A program made the position numbers and the translations under genes. From positions 20,956,001 through 21,020,000 of the forward strand of contig NC_088862.1 of the NCBI RefSeq assembly GCF_963853765.1: a stretch of 64,000 bases of DNA, in the 5' to 3' direction. Numbering within the stretch: the stretch's first letter is position 1; the number at the start of each line of letters is the position of its first letter. The stretch comes from Magallana gigas (lineage: Eukaryota). A model generated the notes under the pieces. The model was not told the DNA's origin and made no database searches. It saw only the letters and a list, made by a program, of their open reading frames with translations. Shown one piece after another: positions 16,225 through 30,156 of this stretch.

Positions 16225-19200
16225 ATGGACAAACACGGGGAGGCGCTGATTATTGCCCGGGAAGAGGAGGTGATCAGACATGGGAACGTGTTGTTTGGAC
16301 TCGTCAAACCCCGCAGGGAGGGGAAAGAACTTCTGCTGGAATCTTCAGCAGCCATGGTCAATGTTCTCCCACGCAAGAGGTTTGTATATTCACCCGGGCT
16401 CATTTCTCAACGGCGATTTCCATGACAGTTCACACACTCTTTGTAAAATACGACTGTACATGTATACGTTTTATTTGGCAGCCCTTGTGATAAGGCATTT
16501 GGCGGAAATTAACTTTCCAGCAAGTTAGCATAGATTTGGTTTTGCGCATTTCCTTAGACAAATTTACATGTATTTAATTTTCCTGCGTATGAACCTAAAG
16601 CAGTGTATTTGATATATCAGAAGTTGTCTAGAACTGACAAAAGACGTTTTAAAAGAATAAAAAAGTAATTCGTTTTCCTATTTTTCCAACTGAACACGCC
16701 ATCATGATTTGTTATCGATCTGCTAACATACACAAAATTAAAACCTTATCAACACATCATAGAATATTAGCAGTTAACTATATTGAAACCCCCAAGCACT
16801 TTTCCTGCTACACGTATAACCATACTAGTTTTGCATTCAGAATTCCCAAATGCAATAGCTTTGGCTGCATGAGAGTAAAACAACATATTTTAATTATGTG
16901 GAGTAGAGTATTCGATGGTCATATGGTAGATTGATCATTCTTGTTGCTTTGCTGGCGTATCATGAGTTTCAACTGTGCATCATCGAAATCAATATGCATA
17001 TGATTGCTGCTAAAGCACAATTGCAACAGTAGCTGGCAACATAACATAATGTTCACCGAAACACGGTCTTGATTTCGTAAATAACAGCCAATGCGGGTGC
17101 GTTTAAAAACGCCACGCATGTTGAATATTTTTCATGTTTGCATCTCAGGTTTTTAATTATTTTAAAAGCTTTCTTTAGAGTGGTTGCATTTATTGACTTC
17201 TGGATGCATCTTGATATTTGTACCGGATATATATATAAAAGCAAGTGTGCAGTCGGTATGCAGATATAAAGTTTAGCGTGAAGACATTGTATTAGAATTC
17301 TAATGCTATATTTTTTTGTTAGTGTTCATTAGATATGCAAACGTCTCGTACCTGGAGTTCTATATAGTGTTTATGATGCAGAAAATGCTCTCTTGGTGTA
17401 GAAAATGCTCTCTTGGTTCATTAGGTTGCGTGTTCGATCCCTAACAGCAACAGTCAAAAGTGATAAACCATTATGATAATAAGATGCAACAATTCACTTA
17501 TAAAGCGCTCGGTACGATTAATTTAAGATTAAGTTCCCGCATAATTATGATATCTCAACAAAATATAGGTCCAAAATGGCACCTTGATAACAATTTTCGC
17601 TAGCCAAGATATAAATTTCACCTCGTTCTGAAAACCCAGATAACGGTCTTTGATGGCGTTCTAATATGAATATTTATTTAAAAAAAAATAAAACAACAAA
17701 TCATGCAATAAATTTATTCAATAAAATCAGAAATCATAGAAAAAATGAATTCAGATATGCTCATTGCGCTGGCTTTGTTATAGAATATACAGAATGGGAA
17801 GCAGTGACGAACTGGAGACGTTCCGAGCGGAGCTCCTGAAGCGCCCCCTAGTAGTACAACCTACTGTGTTGTCAGGATCGGGGTTCCAGTCAATCAATTG
17901 CTTTTTCTCGGTAGATAGAGGTAGGTAAAACATTAAAGCAAAGACACATAAATTCCATGGAATGAGATTATAGTCGCCTATAAATACTAGTATATGTTTA
18001 ATTTATAAAAAAAAAATCAAAGTATAATTCTTTCCTTAACACATATCTGATAACACCCAACTGTGTTTTGTAGAGAACTGGACCGTCATGATTAACCAGA
18101 CTCACCCCAAGATCCTTGGCCGACTACTGATGGGCATTGACGCCGCTAAACGCATTCTGAGGCGTGGGGAGCCGTTTGTTTTAGAGGTTAGTATAAGTAA
18201 ACCATCGTCAAAAATCCACGGCCAGTCTAGCATACTGAATACGCTTGAAAAAATACGCTTGATCAAATTAGTTTCGTTTTTGGGTACAAAATGTGAGAAA
18301 ATTTTGTAGAGGCATGAAAACAAAGTTTATTCAGTTATGAAGTTTTTGTATAAGCATTTATCAATCAGATTTCCTTCAAGCAAGTATAAAGAAGCCAATC
18401 AGAACGGGGCATGAGAACGAGAAAATTGAGCGAGATGGTCCTCGATTAATAAGCGTTTGTTAGATCCGCTTTTGGTTTTCGATGACGTAGGAGAAGCAGA
18501 CTTGTACTTGATGTACAATACATTAAATACAACATCTCTAAACAGCCAGCACTCAGTCAATCTTTTGTTTTAGTTTGTATTCAGTGACATCATTCGTCGG
18601 CTGTATTATGACGTCGTAAAAGGCGGGACCAGTTCCAATTACAAATACACAGACTGTGAGTTCGGGGACATAGTGATCCGGTATCCTGGGGACTTCCGTC
18701 ACCAGGGAATCAAATGGGAAATGAAAGTAAGCCTAAAACAGCTAATACAACCAAACTTTTCTGATTATTACACGTTAATATCGCTGTCGGTTGTATTCAC
18801 ATTTCATCAGATTATAAGTTTTATTCTATGAGCATTGAATTTGCGAAACTTCCGTGGGTTATGCAAAAATTTTATCTCACGAGTCAATTTCCTGCTATGC
18901 AGTATACAAAATTGAAAACGATATTTTAGTTAAAGTACATATTGCATAAACTATAAAGGAAAATTAGTATCTAACTTCAACTATCAATAAAATATTTAAT
19001 GACATGACTATTCATGTATCAAAGGCACCCCACATGCGATTTTCGTTTGATGACGTCACTGTGTCAGAGATTCGCATTCGAGACATCAATGAAGCCAACC
19101 GGGAAACTAGAGATACCCGGATCATCGCCCTACCACGTGGTCAGTATACAGACCCACACAATCTCAGAGAGACACAATTAATCCAGCTAAGTTTAAAGAC

Positions 19201-20222
19201 CATATGAGCCCAAGCTCGCGCTTTTCAAATCGTGTCACTTTTTTGCACTTTTCCATTAAACATTGGATTCTTGAAAGTCATTCTGTAATTTTGTAATACA
19301 TGTATCAGATATTAGTATTGGTGACTTTTTCGGAAACTGGAAATTTATTTATTTTCTTTTTGGGGTTCTTTAGTATGTAGACGAAGATTTGTTTAAGGAT
19401 GCTACAATTCCCAAAATAATTGTACACATAGTATTAGCAATTTAATGCATTTTATTCATTTACTAAGATTTTTTTTATCCAGATGAGCTGCAGACGATAC
19501 TTCCGGGTTGGACTTTCGATGAAGACATCGCAGAGGAGAAACCGTACAACTACGAAAACTATCAGATCTGTGAGGAACAAAACCACGCCCCCATACCGGC
19601 ATCACGTGACACAACACGAGAACAAACGGGGAGAATTCGAGGTCGATCCAACCGACACGCACCTGCCCAGAAATATGAGGTGACGGTCGAGCTTCACGCT
19701 CCACCGCCATCAAGTTCTTTGATTCAAGAAACAAGTTTTGTTACAAATCAGCAAAGAGACAGCACAGCTTCTTCGGAAGGTATCGGACCCAACAGTGGGA
19801 ACAGATTTATGCATAGACATCAAGGCAGCGGAAGTGGACGTTCGGAATCCTCCAAAGCAGACAGTGGTTATGAGGGGGAGGTTGAAAACGGAGGTTTTGA
19901 GGCCCAGAAATATGGGCGGGGAGGGAACAATTCAAAACTCAGGAAAATTAATACCCCTATTAGTGAAAATCGTGTGCCATATGACAACCATGCATTCAAT
20001 CATGATAATGAATTCGAAGTTCTTCCAACAACCGATTCATACCGAGGTGATGAATTTGTTAGCAATCATCGGACAGATAGATATAACGATTACTACAGCA
20101 GCCAGAAGTCTCCCAAACACATCGTATCACGTGATTATGACGTTGGTGCGCATGCGCGACAGTTTCAGACGATAGAGCAGTTGGACGCAAGGAGTTCTTA
20201 TTCCCACGCAAGTGTTATATAA
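16225..20222 (+). CDS. Uncharacterised protein, about 470 aa, six coding exons
   Basis: Exons 16225-16379, 17784-17920, 18074-18186, 18574-18726, 19025-19139, 19483-20222. All junctions AG/GT and phase-consistent (1413 nt). MDKHGEALIIAREEEVIRHGNVLFG...LKRPLVVQPTV...IRRLYYDVVKGG...GIKWEMKAPHMRFSFDDV...TILPGWTFDEDI followed by a Ser/Gly/Arg-rich tail. True start uncertain. Confidence 0.8.
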
Positions 20223-22049
20223 CACATGTGATCACGTGATGTGTCGTTACCTACAACAATTGTACATTCCTTCCTATAACAGATCATATTTATCGTACAT
20301 TATCCAATTTATCATCATTGTATAAGCTAATTGTTTGTTATAGGGTATTTTAACTTAGCGTAGCTTCCAACGTCCATGTCGTTTATGATATTCCTTTGTT
20401 ATACCTGCTGAAACAGGTGTCGTATACAGACGTAATTGGTTCAGGTCGATTTATATTTATACCATGATGTATAATGTGATAAAATTAATTGCGAGGAATT
20501 TGTAGAGATGCCCATGCATACTATGTTTATTTTTCTTTTGCTATTATCCACATGAACAATTTCATAAATGTACATTTGGATGCATTCATGGGGTTTAATG
20601 AAACTAACAGTTTTCGTACCTGCTTGGAAAATGGTCTACATGGATCCAACAATCAATTGCACGGCCTGATTATTGATTTGTTGATCGATTGCATTTATCA
20701 TATTTAGTTATAAATTCTTTTTTCCTTTTTATGAAATTTATGTAAAATCTAGGATGCGTTGAACAACTAATACAATTGTAGTTGCGATTTCCATGGCAGC
20801 GTTTTGGTAATCAATTATTATGAGATGATTGATAACAAAGATATTTTTTTTATAATAATTTATTAATACAAAGGCCTTGTTTCCCCCCCCCCCCCAAAGA
20901 TAACCTTTTTATCTTTTTTGTATAAATATTGATGTATCCACATTAATTAAGTCTATTTATATGTTAATCAATAAATAAAAAGAGACGATCGCTTGTTGTT
21001 ATTCAACCTTTATTTTATGTTACTTTAGAGACTGGATAGATGGGGAACATCAAAGGTAAAGGTGTGGCGTCACATATGGTCCTAGTGTTACCTTCTCAAA
21101 AAATCATAATGCATTATGATTTCGATAGCGATTAAAAGGAGAAGCGTACATAACGATAATACATTTATAAGGGTATGCATACACATGTAAAATTGGCAAA
21201 GAGAATGTCTGAATGATGCCAACAAATTTGTAAATAAACTAAATATATTTCATACATTTATTGACTAATGATTGGTCTTTGTAACCTGGTAATGGCGTAA
21301 TTTTTCCCCGTCTAGTTTTACATTTGAAGAATTGAATAGTCATTTTAATTAAATTAACAAATTGCAACGTAACAGTCAGTGAGGGTTTTTTTCCAAACAG
21401 AGTTATCATTCTTTACGCTCAGGAGCCCGTCTTTTGTTTGCAATAACATTTAAGCAGCCTCAGAATAGATAAGTGAGCTTCGATTTAAAATAAATAAATC
21501 TACATTTAAGACTAAGATTCATATTATAAACAATTCAAATCCATTTAATGCAATATGATAGATGATGCAATTGGGCTTTGAAAGTTTCAGTTTTGTGAAG
21601 TAAACCGAATAAAGGCCAATACTTTTAGACTATTGTGTAATAACAACTAGTAAAACTACCTTGAATTTAATTAGTGTCCTGCATTTATGCAATAAAGTTT
21701 CGTTTAAAGGCTTTAATGTTGACCAAATAAGAGGGGAAACGAATTGTGGTACTACTCTCAAGTTTAATAAATATATAGACTATAATAACTATATAAAAGT
21801 ACATCTTTATTTTCCAAAACCACATATTTTAACTGAATTAAAGTCACAAAACAGAGCAAGCCATTAATATGACGTTAATCCGAAGTACCAGTAGATCAAA
21901 TTGAAAAAAAAATCTTGAAAGACTCTTAACAGTTTTTTTAGAGATTGATTCTTTTTTGGTTTAATTCCATACTCGTTACAACTGAGAGAAAAAACCCTGT
22001 ATTTCTTCCAATTTCCCATAGATAACAATTATCCAAACAAATAGTTGGA

Positions 22050-25000
22050 TTACGTCAACAATATGATGTCGTCACACCTGTGCGTGATGTCATCACTATT
22101 TGTGTGGTCGTATTTGTTATTGTTTAAGCAAGGGTGTTGCTCCTCCGTACAACCCGTATCACCCATTCCAGTTTCATTTTCACTTTCACAATTTGATTCC
22201 TTTTTGTCCGAAGTCAATAACTTTGAATCGGATTCCTGTTTAGTGTTGAGTTTTACGTCACCGTGACGTGTCGTGTTTTCATTGGATGGACACGGATGTT
22301 TCACAGAATTACGATTCGGAGACAAAAATGTTCGTGTTGTTCTGAAACTTCCCGTCCAGTTCAAAGAACGCCGATGCCAAACTTTCTTAAGTTCGGTCTG
22401 GACCTTTCAAATCAAAAGATACGTAAAATGAGTAAATAATCAGTGATGAAGTTAAAAAAAATGGAGCTGCGTGACAGTGCAAGCTTGGAAATGTTCATTG
22501 TCAAGTTATAAATTTATTCTCTAGTAGCTCACCTCGCCATTAAGGAAACAAAACAGCATGGCAAGAATAAAGCCCTGCAAAGAAAAGTATATAGTTAATG
22601 TTAAATCATTTAAATTAGTTTTTTAAATTAGTTCAACTTTTGTCGAAATCCAGGTTTTAATGGTCTTGTATAGTGTTTCATGGATTCACTCTTATTTTGA
22701 ATGAAAAAATAAAAATTCATCGAAGATCGAAATTCACAAAAACTGAGCCACCATGTATGTTGATTCAGCAGTAAATGAAATAATAAGTACAGAAATCAAG
22801 TTATTTACCTGAAACGAGTTAAAGAACAGTTCCGACCACAACAGAATGAAGTAAGCCATGGAGGTCTCGTCTATATAGTCGAAGCTTGTCATCACGTAGT
22901 TCACAGAGAAGATGATGTTATATACGCCAAACAGCGGAATCAGGATGAGGATAGATTTAGCCAAGCGCCTGGAAAACCAAGGTCAAACTAGCTCATTAAA
23001 GCGTTTTAATTAAAAACAAACCTGATAAGAGTAAAGTGATTCTTGGAAGAAATTGAAGTTAAAATAACGACAGACATTGATAAAACAAAATCAATCAGTT
23101 ATTAGAAAAAAATGTTCGCAAAGCAATAAGAAACACAAGACTAACTATTGAAATCGCGATGTAACATAATTGGAGATTAACTCATAGCACGACAAATTAC
23201 GTATTCACCAAGGTATGAGCTAGATATACCGTATACCAGAGACACATTGCGTGCTTTATCATTCACATTAGACCAATGAATATTAATAATTAACATCTTC
23301 ACCTATACCAAGCCATGCACCCAATCATAAACCATATCAATCTATCTGACAAGTGATCGAAAGTTAAGATGCATTTATAATACCGGATAATGTACCCTGA
23401 ATAGTGATGAAGATCTTGTAACTCTTTTGTTAAATTAGAATAACGGCAAATTTTCAGAAAGAATGAGTAATCCGAATGATCATAGTTCTTTACATTTATG
23501 AGAAAAATGACATATTACAGACATTACAGATATTTCAACTAAAAACAAAAAGCAAATCCAAATATTTGTATCACTTAATACGATATCGACGCTATCTCGT
23601 TCCCGTATTTTTAATTGCATACAACGTAATATGTATTCAACTACATCATGCACAATATAATTAAGTCTTATCAAACATCAAGTTAGTTTTCCAAAACTAA
23701 TCAACGAAAGAGAAAATTATGCTTCATACGAAAGCAACATAAAAAGCTCAACTTCCGGTTTACCTTATCATGTGACCATCAATATGACTATAAAGGAATA
23801 AGAAATAGACCACAAAAGGTAAAATATTCGTACAATCAGATCACCACATCGTGGCTCTTAAAAATTGAATGAAAGGAGGACGAAAGTACCGGGAAAATTG
23901 AAGACTAGCATTTTGATAGTAAGTCTGGAGGCCAGTGTCAACTTTTGCAAAAAAACCCTCGTAAGGGGGAACATGCATCTTTTTAAAATGATGCTTGCGT
24001 AATTATTACTAGTTCATGTAACTCGATGGGTGGCAGCTTTTAAAACGTGTGCAGAAGCCAATCAGAATATGGCATGAATTATTCATGAAATCTAGACAAG
24101 TTCAGCAAAAGTTGTTTTTTTTTTTTATTTTTACAAATGCGAGACTGGCCGAGGCCTTTTAATTTGCACTCATCAAGTCTCTGTACTTCTGGAAATTCTT
24201 ACCTGTACCGGAAGCTGCTTGTTTTTTGTCCGGCTGACGCATGAAGTTTAGAGAATAAGACTCGAACGATGTTTATGAAAATGATGAACTGAATCTAAAT
24301 AAAAATGACAAATTTACTCATAATTATTAGAGCATTTCTTTCCTCTAAATTGAAAGGATATCGCTTCGAACTCTGAACAATGGAGTACAACTTTTGCATT
24401 TGCTTCCATTTGCTGTGACAAACTTTAATACGTCCATTTGATTTTATTATTTCGTGGACCGTATATATATACTATATTGTATATATCATACTGTGATTTG
24501 AGTGGACCATAAGTATGCACTAAAATCTTACCAGTACTGTGATTGTAAATGGGCCATAGATGATAAACATGGTTAGCTTGTTTGTGTTGATATTCCAACA
24601 ACTGTAAAACAAAATATAAGGGTTGCTGTGTTATAACGTACTATTCTTATCTTAAATGATATAATGAATAAAAAAAATAAATCAATCAAAATACTACATT
24701 TAAAGTTTAGAAAAAAAAACTTTCCTTTAACAAAAGTATAACACATACTCTAATTTAAATTGTTTTGCATCAGCAAGATTTGCGATTGCAAATTGTATTC
24801 TGGTTGCAAATTAAAGGTTACAAACAGTTACATGAAGTCATGAAAATCATGAAATCGCTATTTCGCGAAATGAAGTGATGGCAAATACAGTATATATAAT
24901 AAGAAAGATGTTTTGCAGTTTGTGTCCAAATAAAATTGTTCCTACTTACAACTCGTTGAACTCAAATATCCGAACAAATACCCACGGCAGAATAAAACTG

Positions 25001-28000
25001 AGTGGGAATACTGGAAGGAAAGAAAAAACTTGGTTAGCTATAAAACACTGTACAATGTATTCCAGGGACCCCCCCCCCCCCGACAATTTTGATTGGTTTT
25101 ACATGTAACTACATCAATACACATATAAAATCATTCTGAACCAAACCAAATTCAGTAGACGGTATGTCGTCGATCAAATGAACTTTAACAGTTCTTTATC
25201 GGTTTGTTCCGAGGTCAGGGTGTTGAGATCTATAGTCCCACTCCCATTCCTAACAATCTATAAATAGCACCCTCCTACTTCATAAATAACCCCCATCCAA
25301 TACTCACACCATCCCAGAAGCATGAACCACTTGGTCCGGTTTCTCTCCATGAAAACGGAAACGGAAATGAGTATCTGTAGATAGAGGGCTTCCACAAAGA
25401 TCCACATGTAGCTGGCGGCAACGATATAGTTAAACAGAGTGAAGAACAGACGACACCCCCAGTGCTAAAATATAAACAAAGCGATAAAAAGAGCTTTTTT
25501 CAACATCACAGTACATAAGATATTTAGATTCCGATTGTGTAATCCACACTTTCCAAGAATTATATATACATGTATGCCCTTTGTCCTGTCATCTTTGGGA
25601 GGAACAATAGCAATTATATACTAGATTATCCCAAAAGTTTTATGGCATAAAGAAGAATATCGGTTTTTCCTTAACATTCAATTCATTTTTGCAAAAGGTG
25701 AACTGGTCTATTGAGATTCAATGAGCTAGTTCACGGTCAGGCACCTTTGATTGATCTAAAAACTTTTTTCAGATAAAACATAAATTTTTAGTCTTGGAGC
25801 CTGCAACCTTATTGACTTCCTTGCCTCTATCGCCAAAGAGCTACCATAGTGTTCATGGTGCAATCGGGAAGCGCATTTGTCATAGGTTGAAACATTAATC
25901 AAATTCAAGCGCGGGAAATCGATGAATATTTTCAATCTTTGACAATGTGATGTTACAGTAGAGGTTTTAAACAGATATAATTATATATTTTAATCTAAAA
26001 GAATGCAAAAATTAAGAAAGCAATTAAAATACCGAAATAGAAGCACTCTTGCAGGGAATATTTATACTTACTGATACGTCATCTCTAAATTTGATGACGC
26101 CATTTTCATAATACACGTCACCGGGGAAACCCACGAACTGCACAAAAAGGTTGTCTTTGATGAAAGACATTGTGGCTCGCAAGATGAACGACACAAACAG
26201 GTTGATGTGGATGGAGTTGCGCGCGCAGTGGAGCTTTCTACAACAGATAGCATGGTACTACTGATATCAAGTTTCCTGAGTGATATGGGAACTGCAAATT
26301 ACTATATTGTTGTATTACTAGGACTGCCTTTATAGTTCGAGTACAGAATACATTTTTAACTTTCATTTTAACTTACTTGAAGTAGACCATAATGATGACG
26401 GCTATGACTAATGACCCGAGAGATAACCCGTACCCAATGTTGTACATCAACCGAACTGAGTCGGCATATTGCTGAAATTAAACATGGGACGTTGAAAATT
26501 AGTTTTTAAAAATAGAAAAAAGAGTCAATTCAAATTATGAAAGATTTCTTAAATTTTATATAGCATACTTAATAAAGAAGATGGGGGAATAAGATGGCGC
26601 AAATGCCCATTCGGTTTAGTTGTAAAATACAATTTTGAATTTATTTTTTCCCAATTAAATCTTGTCAAATATATTATAAGACAGGTTTGCAAAAGCACGA
26701 TTTCTAACTATCATATTCAGTTTTTAATATATTTAACAAAAGATAACCCCCCCCCCAAATATTGTCTGAAATTGTGGTGGTATCGAGCCCATAACATAAA
26801 AAACCTAGATATATAAGGTTACTAGCTTATGTCAGGTACTCTAACCATTGTGCCATTTCAGACACAACAAAGAAGGCTGTTTAAATATTATGTATGACTT
26901 TGGCCACGAATTAACGGACTTGTATTATTTTTTCAAAACGTTCAATTGTTAAGATACAAAATGATATTTTTAAAGCATAGTGGGTCATCTCCCCACGTTT
27001 TCGTTGATTGAAATCGGCTTGTTTTCCATTAGACCTTATTTAGACTATAAGAAAAATATGGAGCACAGACCCACTCTATAAAAGAAAGTGCATTGAATAT
27101 CTAAAACATGACAGTATTTGCAGGTTTTGATACGAATACGCCTGTTTGAGTCAACATATTCCAAGTATTGAATATGTTTATAGGTTAAAAATAAATAATA
27201 TGTTAGATATATATTGTTTTAAATGATTTTTTAAAACAATATCAGATTTATTGATATTTTATTTTTTCAGTAGCTTGTACGACCGTGTATGGGCATTTTA
27301 CACGCCTTATCCACCCATCTTCTTTTTTCTACCGAATTAAATGGGTTTTCCGATGGCATAAATCGCTATTGTAACAAAATCTCAGACGCTGCATGTTTTT
27401 GTGTACCTCAATAAGCGCAGGGACCGAGCGGGAGTTATCCCCCGTTGTTGCACCGATGCACTGGGTAAAATTGGTCCACGTCCGGTTGTTGAATGGATTG
27501 ACCAACCATGTGCCATCCTCCATACACTGTCGGGAGGCGTTTCCTGAAAAAGTACAGAAATTGTTGTACAAATTATTATCTCTTAAGGGAAAATATCCAA
27601 GGAGTATGCAAAATCTTTTTCTTAGTTACTGCTGTCAATTTTAATATTGATCATGCATGCATTTGCATAGACGTGTTTGTGGACTTACTGGTGGTGTCAA
27701 TGTTCTTGATGTGGCTGGGACAGGGTAGAACGGCTAGCTGACCCGCGGGGGTGGGGGGCCAGCACATGATGTTGTCCCATACTCTCACACATTGGGAAAC
27801 TGTCAAGGATTTGATCAAACAATAAAAAAAGACATTAAAAAACATATTACTGCATGCTCTCTCTGTCTCTCTCTGTCTCTCTCTCTCTCTCACACACACA
27901 TATGTGAATAAGACTAGTGCATTATATTATATAAGCAAAATTCTATATTTATTAAAAAGTGGCACGTGATGAACTAAGGCAATAACATGTATCTAATTTT

Positions 28001-30105
28001 GTTAAATGTAATGAACTTACAAAATAGAAGGAAAAAAACAGGTCAAATTTTAATTATGATATAATTAATATATAACCTTAGAAATACATAAACGACATTC
28101 AAATTTTACCCCGGGAAATAGATATAAGCACTATACTAATAACGATGGAGTAAAACATCGTATAAAGAATCTAGTTAGAGCTTTTAACTTTTACAGGTGA
28201 ACTAAAAATTTTGACCCCGCGGTAAAACCCACAAACATGTAACAAGCAGCAGCGCGCGCCTTTCGCATTAAGGCTCATTATCAATTTCACAGTGATGTTT
28301 AGGAGATCTGTTTTCTATCAATTTACGATAAAACATGAACGGTTTTTCCGTATATATTCCCATTCACCTGTTAATGATGTCGACAGATCTCGCGAGATTC
28401 CCTTTTCAAAGATACAGACTCATTTTTGGCTAACGATTTGACGAATATCTTTCGATACTGGTTTTTCTCCTTTAATCATTGTGTTAAAATTCAATCTTTT
28501 TAGTTTATTTTTTCCCCATCTGGATAAACATTATAGAATAAAAATATTTCCACATAATTGTCAAATTCAATCGCATCTTCTCGGGCCTTTCAGATAAGCG
28601 TTGAATGTTGATTATTTCAAAATTGTGAAATTTCTCTCTAGGAATTTATGGTATAACTTATTTGTGTAACTAAGTGAAAATCTTATAATTTGCAGAACGT
28701 TTATAACATTAATTCATTTCATTAAAAATGTTCATTTATTACGCTATATGCATGTATACAGCTTTAAATAACGATTGAAAAACTCCCCGTCTTACACATG
28801 TAGAAAAATATCCCCTTTGCCTCCGTTTTTCATACAGATAATCATTAATTTACAGTTAAAACAAGTTTCACTTTACAAGGAAAATTCTCCATTAACCTTT
28901 GACTCTGATGCTTGATTCCACTTTTTGACGACCATGAGTCATGATAGTTTGGAGATAAATAGACAGCTACAGAGATCGATCGTCAGGCGCGTTTGATGTA
29001 TAAAAAAAACCTCTGATACGGAGGGAACATACGAATGAAATACACCTGTACACGTACATTTGTTTAATTTCATGCAATAGAATATGCTCAAATCATTATC
29101 GATTATTCGATATATCGATTATGCAGATGACATTGATATGCCATTTTCTTAAAACAAATGCAAACTACTCAAAATCACTAAAACAATTAATGAAAAATTA
29201 TGACTGATGTTATTCGACAACAGAAGTTGGGAGTTTAGAAATTGAAGTTTACAACTCTGACTACATGTCTATGTCTATGCATCAACCTTTTATGAGTCAC
29301 CATCTTCATTTTAACTTTTTAGCAACAGGTTAATCATGATGCGCTAATCGAGTGACTGAATCATGGCTGACTTTTCTGTGAACCCGGTGAAACAAAGGTG
29401 CAACAATCCAGTAACATGCATTGTGACGCTATTAAAACATCAATCTTGGAGGGTAGCCGACCGTTACGGTTTAGAAGAACCACCGTATAAAGCATCTATC
29501 CGGACCCCGATTTGTTTGTTCACTTGTCCCCTTTTACAGATTTTATGCAGCATATTAAGTATATGTCCATTAAGATGATTTCCCAGATAACTGCAGAATG
29601 TTTTTTATTCTTTAATCATTTCATCAAACCATGTACCTGAAAAGAAAATCCTTTGGTGAACTGTTTTTTAAGCAACACCTTTTATTATTGCCCGTCCTTA
29701 AATATCTTTAGTTCATGTTCACAAAGGTTTCATAAGGTTGTATCATTTTCAGTTGAAGTGAATTTTGTAGAACAATTCCATGGACGCGCAGGTAAGTATG
29801 ACGTCATACGTTCATTGTTTTTTTAAACGTCATATAGTCTTTGACTTATGCATCAAGTTCCTGTTACTCTTCAGTACACTGCAACAACAGCATTGCAGCA
29901 ATCCACCCTACACTAATTGTGCAATTGCTTTATAAATTATCCTGACAGTGTTACCCCAATCCCACCTTTTCAGTTGATCTCGAAAACACCAAGTATACCA
30001 TGTAATTCAAAACGAAATCATCTCAAATCAGTTTGATGCATTGGCTAGGTGGGCTAGCTGCAGAACTGTAGCTCCCCGGTCAGAAAGAAATTACATGTAG
30101 ATGGG

Positions 30106-30156
<51 letters not shown>

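Noticed and set aside
26779-26855. tRNA gene (also at 61350-61421)
   Set aside because: Only A/B boxes are present; I could not fold an acceptor stem or anticodon arm, and it sits inside a dispersed repeat.
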